DNA of 64,000 nt from Gammaproteobacteria bacterium (lineage in GTDB: Bacteria; Pseudomonadota; Gammaproteobacteria; JBCCGL01), in contig OZ255836.1 of assembly GCA_965277715.1 (NCBI GenBank), positions 3,072,001 to 3,136,000 of the forward strand, read 5' to 3'. The notes beneath the pieces were generated by a model. That model worked only from the letters and a program-made list of their open reading frames with translations. It did no database searches and was not told the DNA's origin. The position numbers and the translations under genes are program-made. This document shows, piece after piece, positions 30,322-42,586 of this stretch (its first letter is position 1; each line of letters opens with the position of its first letter).

Positions 30322-30862
30322 ATGCCAAGATCTCACCGTATAGAATATGAAAACGCCTTCTACCATATAATGAACCGTGGTCGGGAGCGTAAGACGGTTT
30401 TTCATAGCGAAGCTTACTATCAAGCGTTTCTCGCCACATTGACCGAAGCCGCAGAGCGTTTTCACGCCGTGATTCACGCTTATTGCCTAATGGGCAACCA
30501 CTACCACCTCACAGTTGTCCGAGTACAAAGAAAGCCAGAGTGGCGTTGATGTGTGGCCACAATTGCGGGAAAAAGTAGCCAGCAGTGTGATAGTAAAAAC
30601 GGTGGCAAATTGTTGCCGAGTGAGTGAAGGCAGTGTTTTGGATAGTCAAAGTAAAGGAGGTAGCGCGAACACTCCTCGCAAATTGACCATGTACTACTGC
30701 CAGCGGTTTGGTGATATGTTGTTAAAGGCAATTACTCAACATTTTGGGTTAAGTCACCCTGGTGGTGTGTCGAGTGCAATAGCTCGCGTCAAGAAAGAGC
30801 TAGACAAGGGAGAACTTAAAGAGGTGATGCATCAAATTGAAAATCAGCTAAATAGTAAATAA
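30322..30862 (+). pseudogene. REP-associated tyrosine transposase (RAYT), internally deleted
   Basis: MPR..RI, YHIMNRG, HAYCLMGNHYHL (HUH motif); C-terminal DnaA-like HTH in another frame. Confidence 0.85.
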
Positions 30863-30885
30863 CTTGCCTGACCCTTTTGATCTTC

Positions 30886-31255
30886 TCAAGCATGATCAGT
30901 TATTGACAGCAAGAGCCTGGGCGATAAAAGAACTCTTTCGTGATTTTTGGATGTATAAGACAGCAGGTTGGGCAAAGCGTTTCTTTAGCGCATGGTATTC
31001 GTGGGCAAGTCGGTGCCGATTGGACAGTATAAAGAAAGTGGCAAAGATGATAAAAGCTCACTTGTCGAATATATTGACATGGTTTAAGTACACAATAAGC
31101 AATGCAGTGTCAGAGGGTTTGAATTCAAAAATTCAGACAGTCAAATCGAATGCAAGAGGATTTCGTTCGTTTGAAAGTTACCGGCGGAGTATTTTGTTTT
31201 ACTGCGGAAAGCTGGATATGGAACCAGTGGCTTCACAATAATCGGGGAAGAACCA
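30886..31255 (+). mobile_element. ISL3-family 3' fragment
   Basis: Similar to 35372-35741; retains right end TCACAATAATCGGGGAAGAACC. Confidence 0.9.
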
Positions 31256-31409
31256 GAAAAACTATGAAGAGCCATAAATGAAAACCATTAATTCAGTAGA
31301 TCAATTATTTAAAGTTGAGTTTAAGCGGCGTAATGGGAAACGCCGTGTAGCGACAGCCTACAAAAAAAAGAAAAAAAGAGAAAAAAAGGGGTCAATCGTA
31401 TTTAGTATT

Positions 31410-32373
31410 TTACAAACAATTGAAAACCTGCTCAAACACGCCCTTCAAGCTGCCGTCTGACAGCCCACTCTTTACATAATCAATTGCAGGAGAAAGGCTA
31501 CTAACACGACTATATCCAAACATATCAACCAGCGTTTTTAACGGCATATCTCCCAATTGCTGACAACAATATATCGCTACTTTACGAGGCAGATTCGCCC
31601 GTTGTCTCCCCCGCTGTCGCGTAAGTACATCACTCGTGTTAACGCCAAACACCGCTGCCACTGCATCGACTATAGCTGCACCGTTTGGCTTGTCCGTCAC
31701 AATACGGGACAAGTCCCCCGATATGTACATCGACTCCCGGTTTTCGGCAATATACGTCTTGAAGGATTTGTCACCCAGCATCGTCGTCACATTGCCTTTG
31801 TTATAAAAACGGCCAATGTCCTCATCAATACCTTGACCAACATATGCCTTATAAGCAACGTAACGTTGTTTAGCACCGAGTGCACTATAGGTTGCCTCTC
31901 GATACAACCATTCCGGTGCTTTGGCTTGGTTGATGTAAGCGTGGTAACTCGACCAGGAATAGCTATCGAGCTTATCCGCTGTTACACTCTTTGACTTCTA
32001 TTGGGTTACGATGAATGTAACGGCTTAAGGGTAATAAGTAGTTGTCTGCATCCACAATAATCGCTGTATAACGACCGCGAAAAAGAGGCCCATCCGTGCG
32101 TCTAAGCCGGTTGTAGCGTTGTGTGTAGATACCATTGATATGCCGCATGATGCGACCCAGATTAGCACGAGGGGTTTCGATCAATAGATGATAATGATTA
32201 CCCATCAAACAGTAAGCGTGGATGCAGGCATCAAAGCGTTTATGTGCTTCATCGAGCGTTTGTAGAAATGCCTGGTAGTAAATTTCGCCATGAAAGATGG
32301 TCTGTCTGGCTTTGCCACGATTCATAAAGTGGTAGTAGGCATTTTCGTATTGTATTCGAGTAGGTCTAGGCAT
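31410..32373 (-). pseudogene. RAYT transposase, frameshifted
   Basis: YHFMNRG, YCLMGNHYHL, GPLFRGRY, SRYIHRNP; split ORFs 31972-32373 and 31410-31907; 12-bp IR at 31386-31397 / 32410-32421. Confidence 0.88.
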
Positions 32374-32481
32374 CGTTTAAATTTATACTATTTTGAAAAT
32401 ATTAAATAAGATTGACCCCTTCTCTTCAGGTATTTTAAATCAGGTAGGCTGCTTTTTTTATTTTATTTGTCAGTTTCGGGG

Positions 32482-33312
32482 CTACACCCCTTCTTCTTCT
32501 ACGTCTTTACAGGATGTCTGATTTTCTTGGCCAATGTATTGTCCATACTTGAAACAGCCCTCTAATACTGATCCATCACTCCGATAATAAATACCTTGCC
32601 CATGAAATTCTCCACTTTTGAAAAAACCTTCATATCGATCACCACTATATAGTTTATAAGAACCATATCCATTTGGAACATTGTATTCAAAATCCCCTTC
32701 GTATACGCTACCGTTAGCATATTCTAGAATTCCTTTTCCTTCTCTAAAGCCTTCAACAAAATTACCTTGAAAATATCCACCAACTGCAAAGTCAACTCGT
32801 GCTTGCCCATTTAATACACCGCCCTGAAAAACACCTTCTGCTATATCACCGTTAGAAGCAATAAACCTACCTTGGCCATTCTCATAGCCATTTCTTACCT
32901 CACCGTAATATGACGCACCTGTCGAATAAATAATGTCACCTTTTCCCTCCAACAAGCCGTTAACAAAATTACCTTTTAACTCGTCACCAACAGCTGTAGT
33001 AATAGTACCGCTCACAATAACACCTCGTTGAAATACACCAGCACTAACTGCACCATCAGCTGATTTATGTACTCCCTTTCCATGAATTAGTCCGTCGTGA
33101 AACTCACCACGATATTGCGCACCTGTCGGCCATTTTAAAAATCCTTCACCAGACAGCAAACCCTCACTGTTAACAAAACCCTCATATATTGAACCATCAG
33201 GAAACTTAATTATTTTCAATTCGTTACCTCCTGCAAAAACAATATTCAAATAGAGCAAGAATACAACTGGGCAGACAATATTACTAACTACTCTTATATG
33301 CGTCGATACCAT
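32482..33312 (-). CDS. MORN-repeat protein, putative immunity protein
   Basis: Signal/TM segment followed by about 10 YEG.F..G...G.G repeats; directly after the RHS C-terminus. Confidence 0.85.
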   Translation of the reverse strand: MVSTHIRVVSNIVCPVVFLLYLNIVFAGGNELKIIKFPDGSIYEGFVNSEGLLSGEGFLKWPTGAQYRGEFHDGLIHGKGVHKSADGAVSAGVFQRGVIVSGTITTAVGDELKGNFVNGLLEGKGDIIYSTGASYYGEVRNGYENGQGRFIASNGDIAEGVFQGGVLNGQARVDFAVGGYFQGNFVEGFREGKGILEYANGSVYEGDFEYNVPNGYGSYKLYSGDRYEGFFKSGEFHGQGIYYRSDGSVLEGCFKYGQYIGQENQTSCKDVEEEGV

Positions 33313-33330
33313 AATTACACCTTGCTAACA

Positions 33331-34269
33331 CTAATGACAGACCATTCGGCATGGTGATGCTTGTGGGCTAGATCCATTCGGACTCGAATTAGCATCACAT
33401 GAACCCGGAGAATTATTATTCTCATTTTGAGAACCGCATACGATGCGGCAATTATCTGGTATAAATTCTTTAGGTAATTTCCACTCATCCCCTGGGGCTG
33501 GAGGGCCTGTTTTATCATGTCGTGGGTTATTACCGGGAAGATTTTTCCCGTAATTCCAGAACGAATTAGGATTTTGGCCCGGTCGAGGTGGCATAGGAGA
33601 ATTTGGTGTAGGCTGAGAATTATTATTTGGCGGACGATGTGGTATAGGATCAGGGCGCAAAACAGGAATATGATCCCTATACGGATTGCCTCCGCGCCTA
33701 GCCCCTCTTAAGCCGTAATAGTCAGTCCAATAAAGTGGGTTCCCATCAACATAAGCATAAGTATTTAATCCGCCATCCAGCCCAATCGGATCGGAAGTTA
33801 TGTACCGCCCGGCAGTAGGATCATAGTATCGGAAGTAGTTATAGTACAGTTGTGATTCACTGTCGTAATACTGCCCAGCAAACCGCAAATTCACAACAAC
33901 ATCTTTACCGTTGCCATCTGGATCACTTTTACTCAGCGTATCACCAAATGCTTCACCCTCCCAACGCCATACAATATTCCCACCTGAATCCGTCGCAAAA
34001 CGGGGCGTCATCAGGTGATCGGTGTGAAGGTAGTAGATTGTATCGCTATCTGCAATAGCATCATATTCAATTTGTGCTATAGGCGCATAATCCAGCCAGA
34101 TATAATCCTTTATAGGTTCTCCTCGCTCATTCGTTTCACTTATCAGCATTCCCTGAAAATCATAATGGTAGACGGTGGTGCTAATAGTATTATCTGTATT
34201 AACCACCACTTTACGCGTGCGCTGCCCCATCGCGTTATGGATGTAGGTCGCCTTTAGTGCGCCTTCGAT
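33331..34269 (-). CDS. Orphan RHS core fragment with Pro/Asn/Cys-rich C-terminus
   Basis: RFAGQYYD, YNYFRYYDP..GRY...DPIGL.GG.N.Y.Y, DYYGL; 5'-truncated (ORF-track ATG at 34230). Confidence 0.88.
   Translation of the reverse strand: MEGALKATYIHNAMGQRTRKVVVNTDNTISTTVYHYDFQGMLISETNERGEPIKDYIWLDYAPIAQIEYDAIADSDTIYYLHTDHLMTPRFATDSGGNIVWRWEGEAFGDTLSKSDPDGNGKDVVVNLRFAGQYYDSESQLYYNYFRYYDPTAGRYITSDPIGLDGGLNTYAYVDGNPLYWTDYYGLRGARRGGNPYRDHIPVLRPDPIPHRPPNNNSQPTPNSPMPPRPGQNPNSFWNYGKNLPGNNPRHDKTGPPAPGDEWKLPKEFIPDNCRIVCGSQNENNNSPGSCDANSSPNGSSPQASPCRMVCH
33867..34269. repeat. Direct duplication of RHS core, about 403 bp (second copy 38497-38899)
   Basis: Appears identical by eye, offset 4630. Confidence 0.9.
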
Positions 34270-34423
34270 TCAGATCAAAAAAACAATAGCTTGTTATTAC
34301 CATTCTATAAGCCAATAAAAAAGCCTCCGGTATACGAGGCTTTAACAAAAAATACTTTGTTTATACTAAATAACTAGCCTGACCCGAATGGCACTTCCTT
34401 AAGCTCTAAGTACATGAAAAATA

Positions 34424-35741
34424 GGTTCCTCCCCGGTTTGTGTGAGGTTATAGTATTTCATCCCCCTTTGCTATTGAGAGACTCCGGTGCTATCGAGCCT
34501 TGAAGAACACTACAGCCAGCTCCTGGGTCTGACAGATGATTGGTCAGTGACATCAGTTGATTTAGACCCTTCAGGGTTAAAAGTATCCATTTCGTTGGCG
34601 TTTATCGGCAACCACGGCCCTTGTTCGCACTGTGGCGAAGTGAGTCCGTTCTATGATCACCGTTCACAAGAGCGATCCTGGAGACACCTGGATACTATGC
34701 AGTTTGAAACGCGTCTACACAGTCGCATTCCCCGAGTAAATTGTCTGGAGCATGGTGTTAAAAGTATGGTGTTACCCTGGGCAAGCAAGCGCAGTCGTTT
34801 TACGTTGTTGTTTGAATTATTTTCCATCAGGGTGTTGCAAGCCTCACGTAGCGTCGAAGAGGCGCGTAAGTTACTGGGACTTAGCTGGAACGCAGTGGAA
34901 GCCATCAAAGCCCGCGCTGTCGAGCGGGGACTTTCGCGTCGGGAATTGGTGACAATTGAGTACCTGGGTATTGATGAGAAGTCCCACCGTAAAGGGCATG
35001 ACTATGTGACGCTCATCAATGATATCGATGGAGGGCGAGTATTGGATGGAGTGAAAGATCACACCCAGGCAGCTTGTGAGGAGGCGTTGGAGGTTGCGCT
35101 GACGGATAACCAGCGAGAACAGGTGAAAGCTGTCGCGATTGATAGGTGGCCTGCGTTCATTAATGCCGTTGAGGTAAAACTGTCAGACAGTGCGATTGTT
35201 CACGACCGTTTTCATATTAGCCAACACCTGAATAAGGCGGTGGATCAGGTCCGTCGTGATAAACATAGAGACCTTTTGTCACAGGGCGATACCCGGTTGA
35301 AAAAGAGTCGTTATCACTGGTTAAAAAACGAAGAAAATTTGTCTGACAAAGCAGCCGAGCACTTTGAGTCACTCAAGCATGATCAGTTATTGACAGCCCG
35401 AGCCTGGGCGATAAAAGAACTGTTTCGTGATTTTTGGACGTATAAGACAGCGGGTTGGGCAAAGCGTTTCTTTGACGAGTGGTATTCATGGGCAATTCGG
35501 TGCCGATTGGACAGCATAAAGAAAGTGGCCAAGATGATAAAAACGCACATGCCGAACATATTGACATGGTTTAAGCACACAATAAGTAATGCCGTGTCAG
35601 AGGGTTTGAATTCAAAAATTCAGACAGTCAAATCGAATGCAAGAGGGTTTCGTTCGTTTGAAAGTTACCGGCGGAGTATTTTGTTTTACTGCGGAAAGCT
35701 GGATATGGAACCGGTGGCTTCACAATAATCGGGGAAGAACC
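34424..35741 (+). mobile_element. ISL3-family IS, complete
   Basis: Ends GGTTCCTCCCC / GGGGAAGAACC; 8-bp TSD GAAAAATA. Confidence 0.93.
34487..35728 (+). CDS. ISL3 family transposase
   Basis: CxxC, GIDEK, HDRFH, SEGLNSKI. Confidence 0.93.
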   Translation: MLSSLEEHYSQLLGLTDDWSVTSVDLDPSGLKVSISLAFIGNHGPCSHCGEVSPFYDHRSQERSWRHLDTMQFETRLHSRIPRVNCLEHGVKSMVLPWASKRSRFTLLFELFSIRVLQASRSVEEARKLLGLSWNAVEAIKARAVERGLSRRELVTIEYLGIDEKSHRKGHDYVTLINDIDGGRVLDGVKDHTQAACEEALEVALTDNQREQVKAVAIDRWPAFINAVEVKLSDSAIVHDRFHISQHLNKAVDQVRRDKHRDLLSQGDTRLKKSRYHWLKNEENLSDKAAEHFESLKHDQLLTARAWAIKELFRDFWTYKTAGWAKRFFDEWYSWAIRCRLDSIKKVAKMIKTHMPNILTWFKHTISNAVSEGLNSKIQTVKSNARGFRSFESYRRSILFYCGKLDMEPVASQ

Positions 35742-35774
35742 GAAAAATATGGAAGTACTTTCATTGTAAATGAC

Positions 35775-37220
35775 CTATTTCTGTTTTTTGGGATGGCCAT
35801 ATTTTTTAATAACACTTCTGGCCACGTCCCTTGGCTGCATCAATAAAGGATATGGTTTGGGTCTTCGTTTAACCACTCTTGGTTCAATACGCCCCGGTCG
35901 ATTACCCACACAGTTTTCTGCAATCAACGCACATAGCGCCAACACCTTATCACTACCCAGAGGGCTACCGCCTTTCTGATAACGATACGCTACCCAAATT
36001 TGTAACGTATGCTTAAAACTTATCTGTCGAGGCAGTATGTCCACTAGTAAGGCAGATTGCGCCATTAATAAGCGAATAAGGTTGTAAGCTAATATGTGTA
36101 CCCACATTTCCTTCTCAACCATTTCTGGCGTCTTACAACGGAAAGTGTGCATCTTCATTGTCGTTTTTATATGGCGTAAATCAAGTTCGACATGCCAGCG
36201 TTCTTTGTAGAGCTGTTTAAGCGCCTCTTTAGACGCCGATTTAACTGATAACAACGTTGTCACCAACAGTTTTTTACCCACTTTCAGTTCACGTATAACC
36301 ACTTCATCAGCAGCCGCTTCATAGGCTTCTTCGCTCATCCACTCTGGTCTTTTCTTGGGCTTTGTATAACAAATCAGATGATCCTTCGATCCAAGCTTTT
36401 TGCCTTCTCGAAAATCTGTGGATTTACGCCGCGCACCATGCGGCTCAAATACACCGTCTACTCCTTGCTCTATAAGGTTTGCTAGAAAAAAATAACCCGC
36501 AAAATAAGCATCACCCACCACAATATCACCCGGTTTAAGCGCATTTTGTATTTTTCTCAATAACGTTTGCTCATCCGCTCCCTTACCTTTAAAAGGACCC
36601 ATTGCCGCATCGAGAACACCACCACTGGCTAAACAAATAATTCCTACCCAGCGACAAAGAGGAAAACCGATCCCCACTTGCTGGCCTGACTGTTGCGGAT
36701 AAACTACCTGATTTTCAGGCGTATCGGGCATTGTCACAGTGGTGCCGTCAACCAATTTAACTGAACGCCCTTGCCAGTGCCAGTGACTGGCTGCTTCATT
36801 CGCCACACACTCGCCTGTACAACGGGCAAGCCCTGAGACGAGGGGGGTTGGCAGCCTTTGTCGCGCTTTACAATAACTCCCTGTATACGTATTACTCACT
36901 GATAAACCTTCACTTAATCGCTGTACAGCGAGTGTGTTGACAGCTTGTTGGCAGGACTGATCTGCACTCATTGTTTGGTATAAAAACAGCGATAAGGTGT
37001 CTAGAGGAGGATAGCGACGCGCTCGAAAATCCGGTTGTAATTCTTCCAGTTTCGTAAGTAACTGAGAGGATGTCAGCAAGTGATAAAAATTCAATGCATC
37101 CGAGGATTGAGCTCGGCTTTTGATGCGACGTTGAAGAATGTTGACTTTTACATTACTCTGCATGATGGCTGGTTCCTGTGGGATAAAGGGTATTTGTGTT
37201 GACAACAAATAACCTACCAT
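35775..37220 (-). CDS. IS4 family transposase
   Basis: VDGT, GDAYF, Y..RW.VE..LR..K; true start may be the downstream ATG (MQSN). Confidence 0.92.
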   Translation of the reverse strand: MVGYLLSTQIPFIPQEPAIMQSNVKVNILQRRIKSRAQSSDALNFYHLLTSSQLLTKLEELQPDFRARRYPPLDTLSLFLYQTMSADQSCQQAVNTLAVQRLSEGLSVSNTYTGSYCKARQRLPTPLVSGLARCTGECVANEAASHWHWQGRSVKLVDGTTVTMPDTPENQVVYPQQSGQQVGIGFPLCRWVGIICLASGGVLDAAMGPFKGKGADEQTLLRKIQNALKPGDIVVGDAYFAGYFFLANLIEQGVDGVFEPHGARRKSTDFREGKKLGSKDHLICYTKPKKRPEWMSEEAYEAAADEVVIRELKVGKKLLVTTLLSVKSASKEALKQLYKERWHVELDLRHIKTTMKMHTFRCKTPEMVEKEMWVHILAYNLIRLLMAQSALLVDILPRQISFKHTLQIWVAYRYQKGGSPLGSDKVLALCALIAENCVGNRPGRIEPRVVKRRPKPYPLLMQPRDVARSVIKKYGHPKKQK

Positions 37221-37578
37221 AGAACCAGCTTTTTTTGTAATTACTTCAAATACTTACAGCTTAAGGAAGTGCCATTCTAGCCTGACCCCTTTTATTCTTC
37301 AGACAGAACCTGGAGGGGTCATGGTCTTCACAGACCGATACTTGATGAGGTGTCTGAGCGCGGTTCCCATTATGGCTCTGGACGGATAAACAAATACGAT
37401 CCGTCCTATCGAGAAGCCGGATATATGACTGCTAACCTTATTTACTGTGACTGCTCTGAACGCTAAAAAATGAATGAACGATTAAAAAATTGTTGAATTT
37501 AACTGCGGGTCCATATATGACCCCTACACAGAAAGTGGCACGCTACACTGCCCCCTTTCACTTCACGTCTTTTCTCTT

Positions 37579-37896
37579 TTATTTTTCCTTAAAAAAATCG
37601 TCCCAGTGTTTAACCACATATAAAACTACAAATAAAGTAGCTATCAATGTGGTAGAAAAAATAATGCCGTCTAAGCCAACAACAAAATTTCTATGGTTTT
37701 TAAAATAAATAATAGGAACCAAAGAAACTCCATTTAACCCGAAAAAAAAATGCAACATAACAAAAAAATTTGTTACAAATAAAGGCCAACCAAATTTTTT
37801 TCCTGCTTTCCTTATTATGTATAACAACAAAAAATAACCGAAAACACCTAAGCCAATGAGATAACCCAATCCAATATTAAATATATAGCTTTCCAA
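37579..37896 (-). CDS. Small 3-TM protein, putative RHS immunity protein
   Basis: Hydrophobic, AT-rich, 10 bp after RHS stop. Confidence 0.65.
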   Translation of the reverse strand: MESYIFNIGLGYLIGLGVFGYFLLLYIIRKAGKKFGWPLFVTNFFVMLHFFFGLNGVSLVPIIYFKNHRNFVVGLDGIIFSTTLIATLFVVLYVVKHWDDFFKEK

Positions 37897-37906
37897 TTTA
37901 GATCAA

Positions 37907-39694
37907 CTATTTACACATACGCACGGGGTATCTATCATTCAATGCTTGCCCAAAATCCATCAGACCTTGACCATATGCTGTTGTGCCGGCCGACACTGTC
38001 GCTTGCGAAATTGTAGAGTAACCTGCCTTTCCTGCTAGTACACCAAAACCTCCGCCCATTACCCCTGCAAAAGCCGACATAGCAACACTACCTCCATCCA
38101 CTGTCCCTCCGGTAACTGCCTGCCCTGCCACTGATCCAATAGCCGAAGACGCCGCTCCTCCAATTGCTATAGAACCAGCAGCCCCAAAAGTAAAACCAGC
38201 AACAGCTCCACCGGCAGCTCCGATGGCGGCCGCAGCAGCGACTTGACCAACGCTACCTCCGCTAACAGCAGCAGTAACACCTGCGGAAACAGCGCCAATA
38301 GCCGCACCAACAGCAGCAGCTCCTGCATTTATTGCGATTTTTCCTGTTGGGTCGATCCAATAAAGAGGATTGCTCTCAGCATACCCGTAAGTATTTAATC
38401 CGCCGAACAATCCAATCGGATCACTCTGAGTATACCGTCCAGTGGTAGGATCATACGTCCTGAAGTAGTTGTAATGTAAGTTAGTTTCACGATCAAAATA
38501 CTGCCCAGCAAACCGCAAATTCACAACAACATCTTTACCGTTGCCATCTGGATCACTTTTACTCAGCGTATCACCAAATGCTTCACCCTCCCAACGCCAT
38601 ACAATATTCCCACCTGAATCCGTCGCAAAACGGGGCGTCATCAGGTGATCGGTGTGAAGGTAGTAGATTGTATCGCTATCTGCAATAGCATCATATTCAA
38701 TTTGTGCTATAGGCGCATAATCCAGCCAGATATAATCCTTTATAGGTTCTCCTCGCTCATTCGTTTCACTTATCAGCATTCCCTGAAAATCATAATGGTA
38801 GACGGTGGTGCTAATAGTATTATCTGTATTAACCACCACTTTACGCGTGCGCTGCCCCATCGCGTTATGGATGTAGGTCGCCTTTAGTGCGCCTTCGATA
38901 AATAACTGATCCCAACGGTTCGCGTCGTTATAGGTTCTCGTTTGACTAGGCTGTACAGGCACAACCGCGTTGTTACCCCGGAAACGTTTTTCGACGAAAT
39001 TAAGCCGGTTACTGTCAGGCGAGTAGTCGTAACGGGTCATTTCCAAGGCATTTCTAACACGGCTCGTTCGGTTACCATTTAAGTCGTATCCATATGAGTC
39101 TGAAGTGCCACCTTTGATTGTGTCATCTATTAGCCTATCTAAGGCGTCATACTGATAACCACTGTCTTGAGGTGTTGTAGTGCGACTAAGGATATTGCCA
39201 TTGGCATCGTAACTATAGTTGCGTGAGTCGATAGCACCTGTGTTCTGGCTTACCAAACGCCCCTGTAGATCGTAACTACGGCTCTCTTGTAAACCATTAC
39301 CTATAGTACAACTCAATAAACGATTATCACCCCGGTAGGTAATACCGTTAGCTACTGTGTGATCCGAACCATTTATCTCCGCACCTATCGACTCTACTCT
39401 GCGCACCCCATCCCTATTAATTGTTATCGCTCGACCACTAGGGTAAGTCATGCCAATTAAGTTATCACCGTTATCGTAACGGTAGCGCGTAACATATTCA
39501 TGGCTTAATTCTACCTTAGTCATACTGACAACATTGCCATGCGCATCGTAAGCGTAACTGTAGGTGCCACTTTCATCTTCAACACCGCAAAGCCTTCCCG
39601 TGCCGTAAGGACAATTGTCATAAGTGTATGTCACATTCTCAGAACTATCCGGGAACGTTTTCGACACCAATCGATCAAGCTCATCATAGATATA
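37907..39694 (-). pseudogene. RHS-repeat toxin, 5'-truncated, with Gly/Ala-rich C-terminus
   Basis: YD repeats, RHS core, DPTG cleavage motif; 5' end replaced by an IS4 fragment. Confidence 0.88.
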
Positions 39695-39885
39695 ATCGAC
39701 CGGGGCGTATTGAACCAAGAGTGGTTAAACGAAGACCCAAACCGTATCCTTTATTGATGCAGCCAAGGGACGTGGCCAGAGGTGTTGTTAAAAAATATGA
39801 CCATCCCAAAAAACAGAAATAGGTCATTTACAATGAAAGTACTTCCATATTTTTCATGTACTTAGAGTTTAAGGAAGTGCCATTC
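39695..39885 (+). mobile_element. IS4 3'-end fragment (same family as 34386)
   Basis: NRPGRIEPRVVKRRPK; ends TTAAGGAAGTGCCATTC. Confidence 0.9.
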
Positions 39886-39894
39886 GGGTCTAGC

Positions 39895-40668
39895 CTAATA
39901 CTTAACTGGTCGCAGGCAATGCGCCCGCAGTTTCTCATAATAAGGCATATGGTAATCACACAATTGCCGCAGATGCGGCGCATCATCCAGCGAGGTAGCA
40001 GCGCGCTGCACACGCCCTATACCACTGGAACCCGATAAATCAGTATGCCAACCGGCAACATGCATCCACTCTTTTGGTAAAGCATCATCGTCCCAGTTTA
40101 ATGATGCCTCGATAAATCTTATCCCCAGCGCCTGGCAATAGGCGCGCAGCGTGCCTTTGGGGTCGCGGATCAGGTCTTCTGCATCAATGATTATCGGCAT
40201 TTCTCCGGTGATGTCGGCAACCAGCATGGCGTGTTTGTACACAGCATCCAGGCCAATCTCATCGCAGCTTACTTCAGGGTCGAGTTTGTAATAGGAGGGA
40301 ATGCTGCGCGCTGGGGTACGGATCAGAAAAGTATTTTTGACTTCACGCAAAAATGCTTTGTCTGCATCGATATACTTCGACACGTAGTAACACATATCTT
40401 TAACGAAGATGGGTGCTTGCACAGCCGTGTCCAAAATCATCGATTTGATAGCCTGGTACGATTGCGGGTGTTGTGCCTGGCCATGGAAGTGAGGATCGAA
40501 ATGAAGTAGTGTTTTGTTGGCATCACCCAGATAGTAGAGGTAGATAAACGGTTCGTGCAGGGTTTGCATATCACCCCGCTGCAACATGACGCGCTCCAGG
40601 GCGCTGGACACTGAACGTGGATGGGTCCATAGGAAAATTATCGGAAAGTATTTGCTCATCCTCCTCAC
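39895..40668 (-). CDS. Sulfotransferase-like family protein
   Basis: LWTHPRS.S.ALER, HEPF, KDM, FLIR.P. Confidence 0.75.
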   Translation of the reverse strand: MRRMSKYFPIIFLWTHPRSVSSALERVMLQRGDMQTLHEPFIYLYYLGDANKTLLHFDPHFHGQAQHPQSYQAIKSMILDTAVQAPIFVKDMCYYVSKYIDADKAFLREVKNTFLIRTPARSIPSYYKLDPEVSCDEIGLDAVYKHAMLVADITGEMPIIIDAEDLIRDPKGTLRAYCQALGIRFIEASLNWDDDALPKEWMHVAGWHTDLSGSSGIGRVQRAATSLDDAPHLRQLCDYHMPYYEKLRAHCLRPVKY

Positions 40669-40841
40669 CTCAACATAATCGAAAACGCTTTAATTTTACC
40701 GAGACCCCACCGCTATTGAGTACACAAAATCAATGGCAACGTGCTGATGATGTTTCGATTGTTGATCGATATGTATTAACCTGCACACAAGCAAATACAT
40801 GTGTAGTGCCTGCTGAGGAAGTGCCATTCAGATCTGGCGGT

Positions 40842-42434
<1,593 letters not shown>

Positions 42435-42586
42435 GGGGTAGGGTGACCGGTATTTGGCAAAGGGGCGGATTCTAGCGGCTTTGTGCGCGTAATCGTAGTG
42501 GTATTTATACCGACCCTGTTAACACCGTTTTATGACTGCTATACAATCGCCCTCTCTTCACCGACAGTATCCAGCAGAGCTGCATT

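Larger units (their letters stand above)
34386..37277 (-). mobile_element. IS4-family element with a nested ISL3
   Basis: TIR GAATGGCACTTCCTTAAG; 11-bp TSD TAGCCTGACCC (34375-34385 / 37278-37288). Confidence 0.92.

Noticed and set aside
31278-31460. Lys-rich 60-aa ORF
   Set aside because: It runs through a poly-A tract and the RAYT end; likely spurious or a remnant
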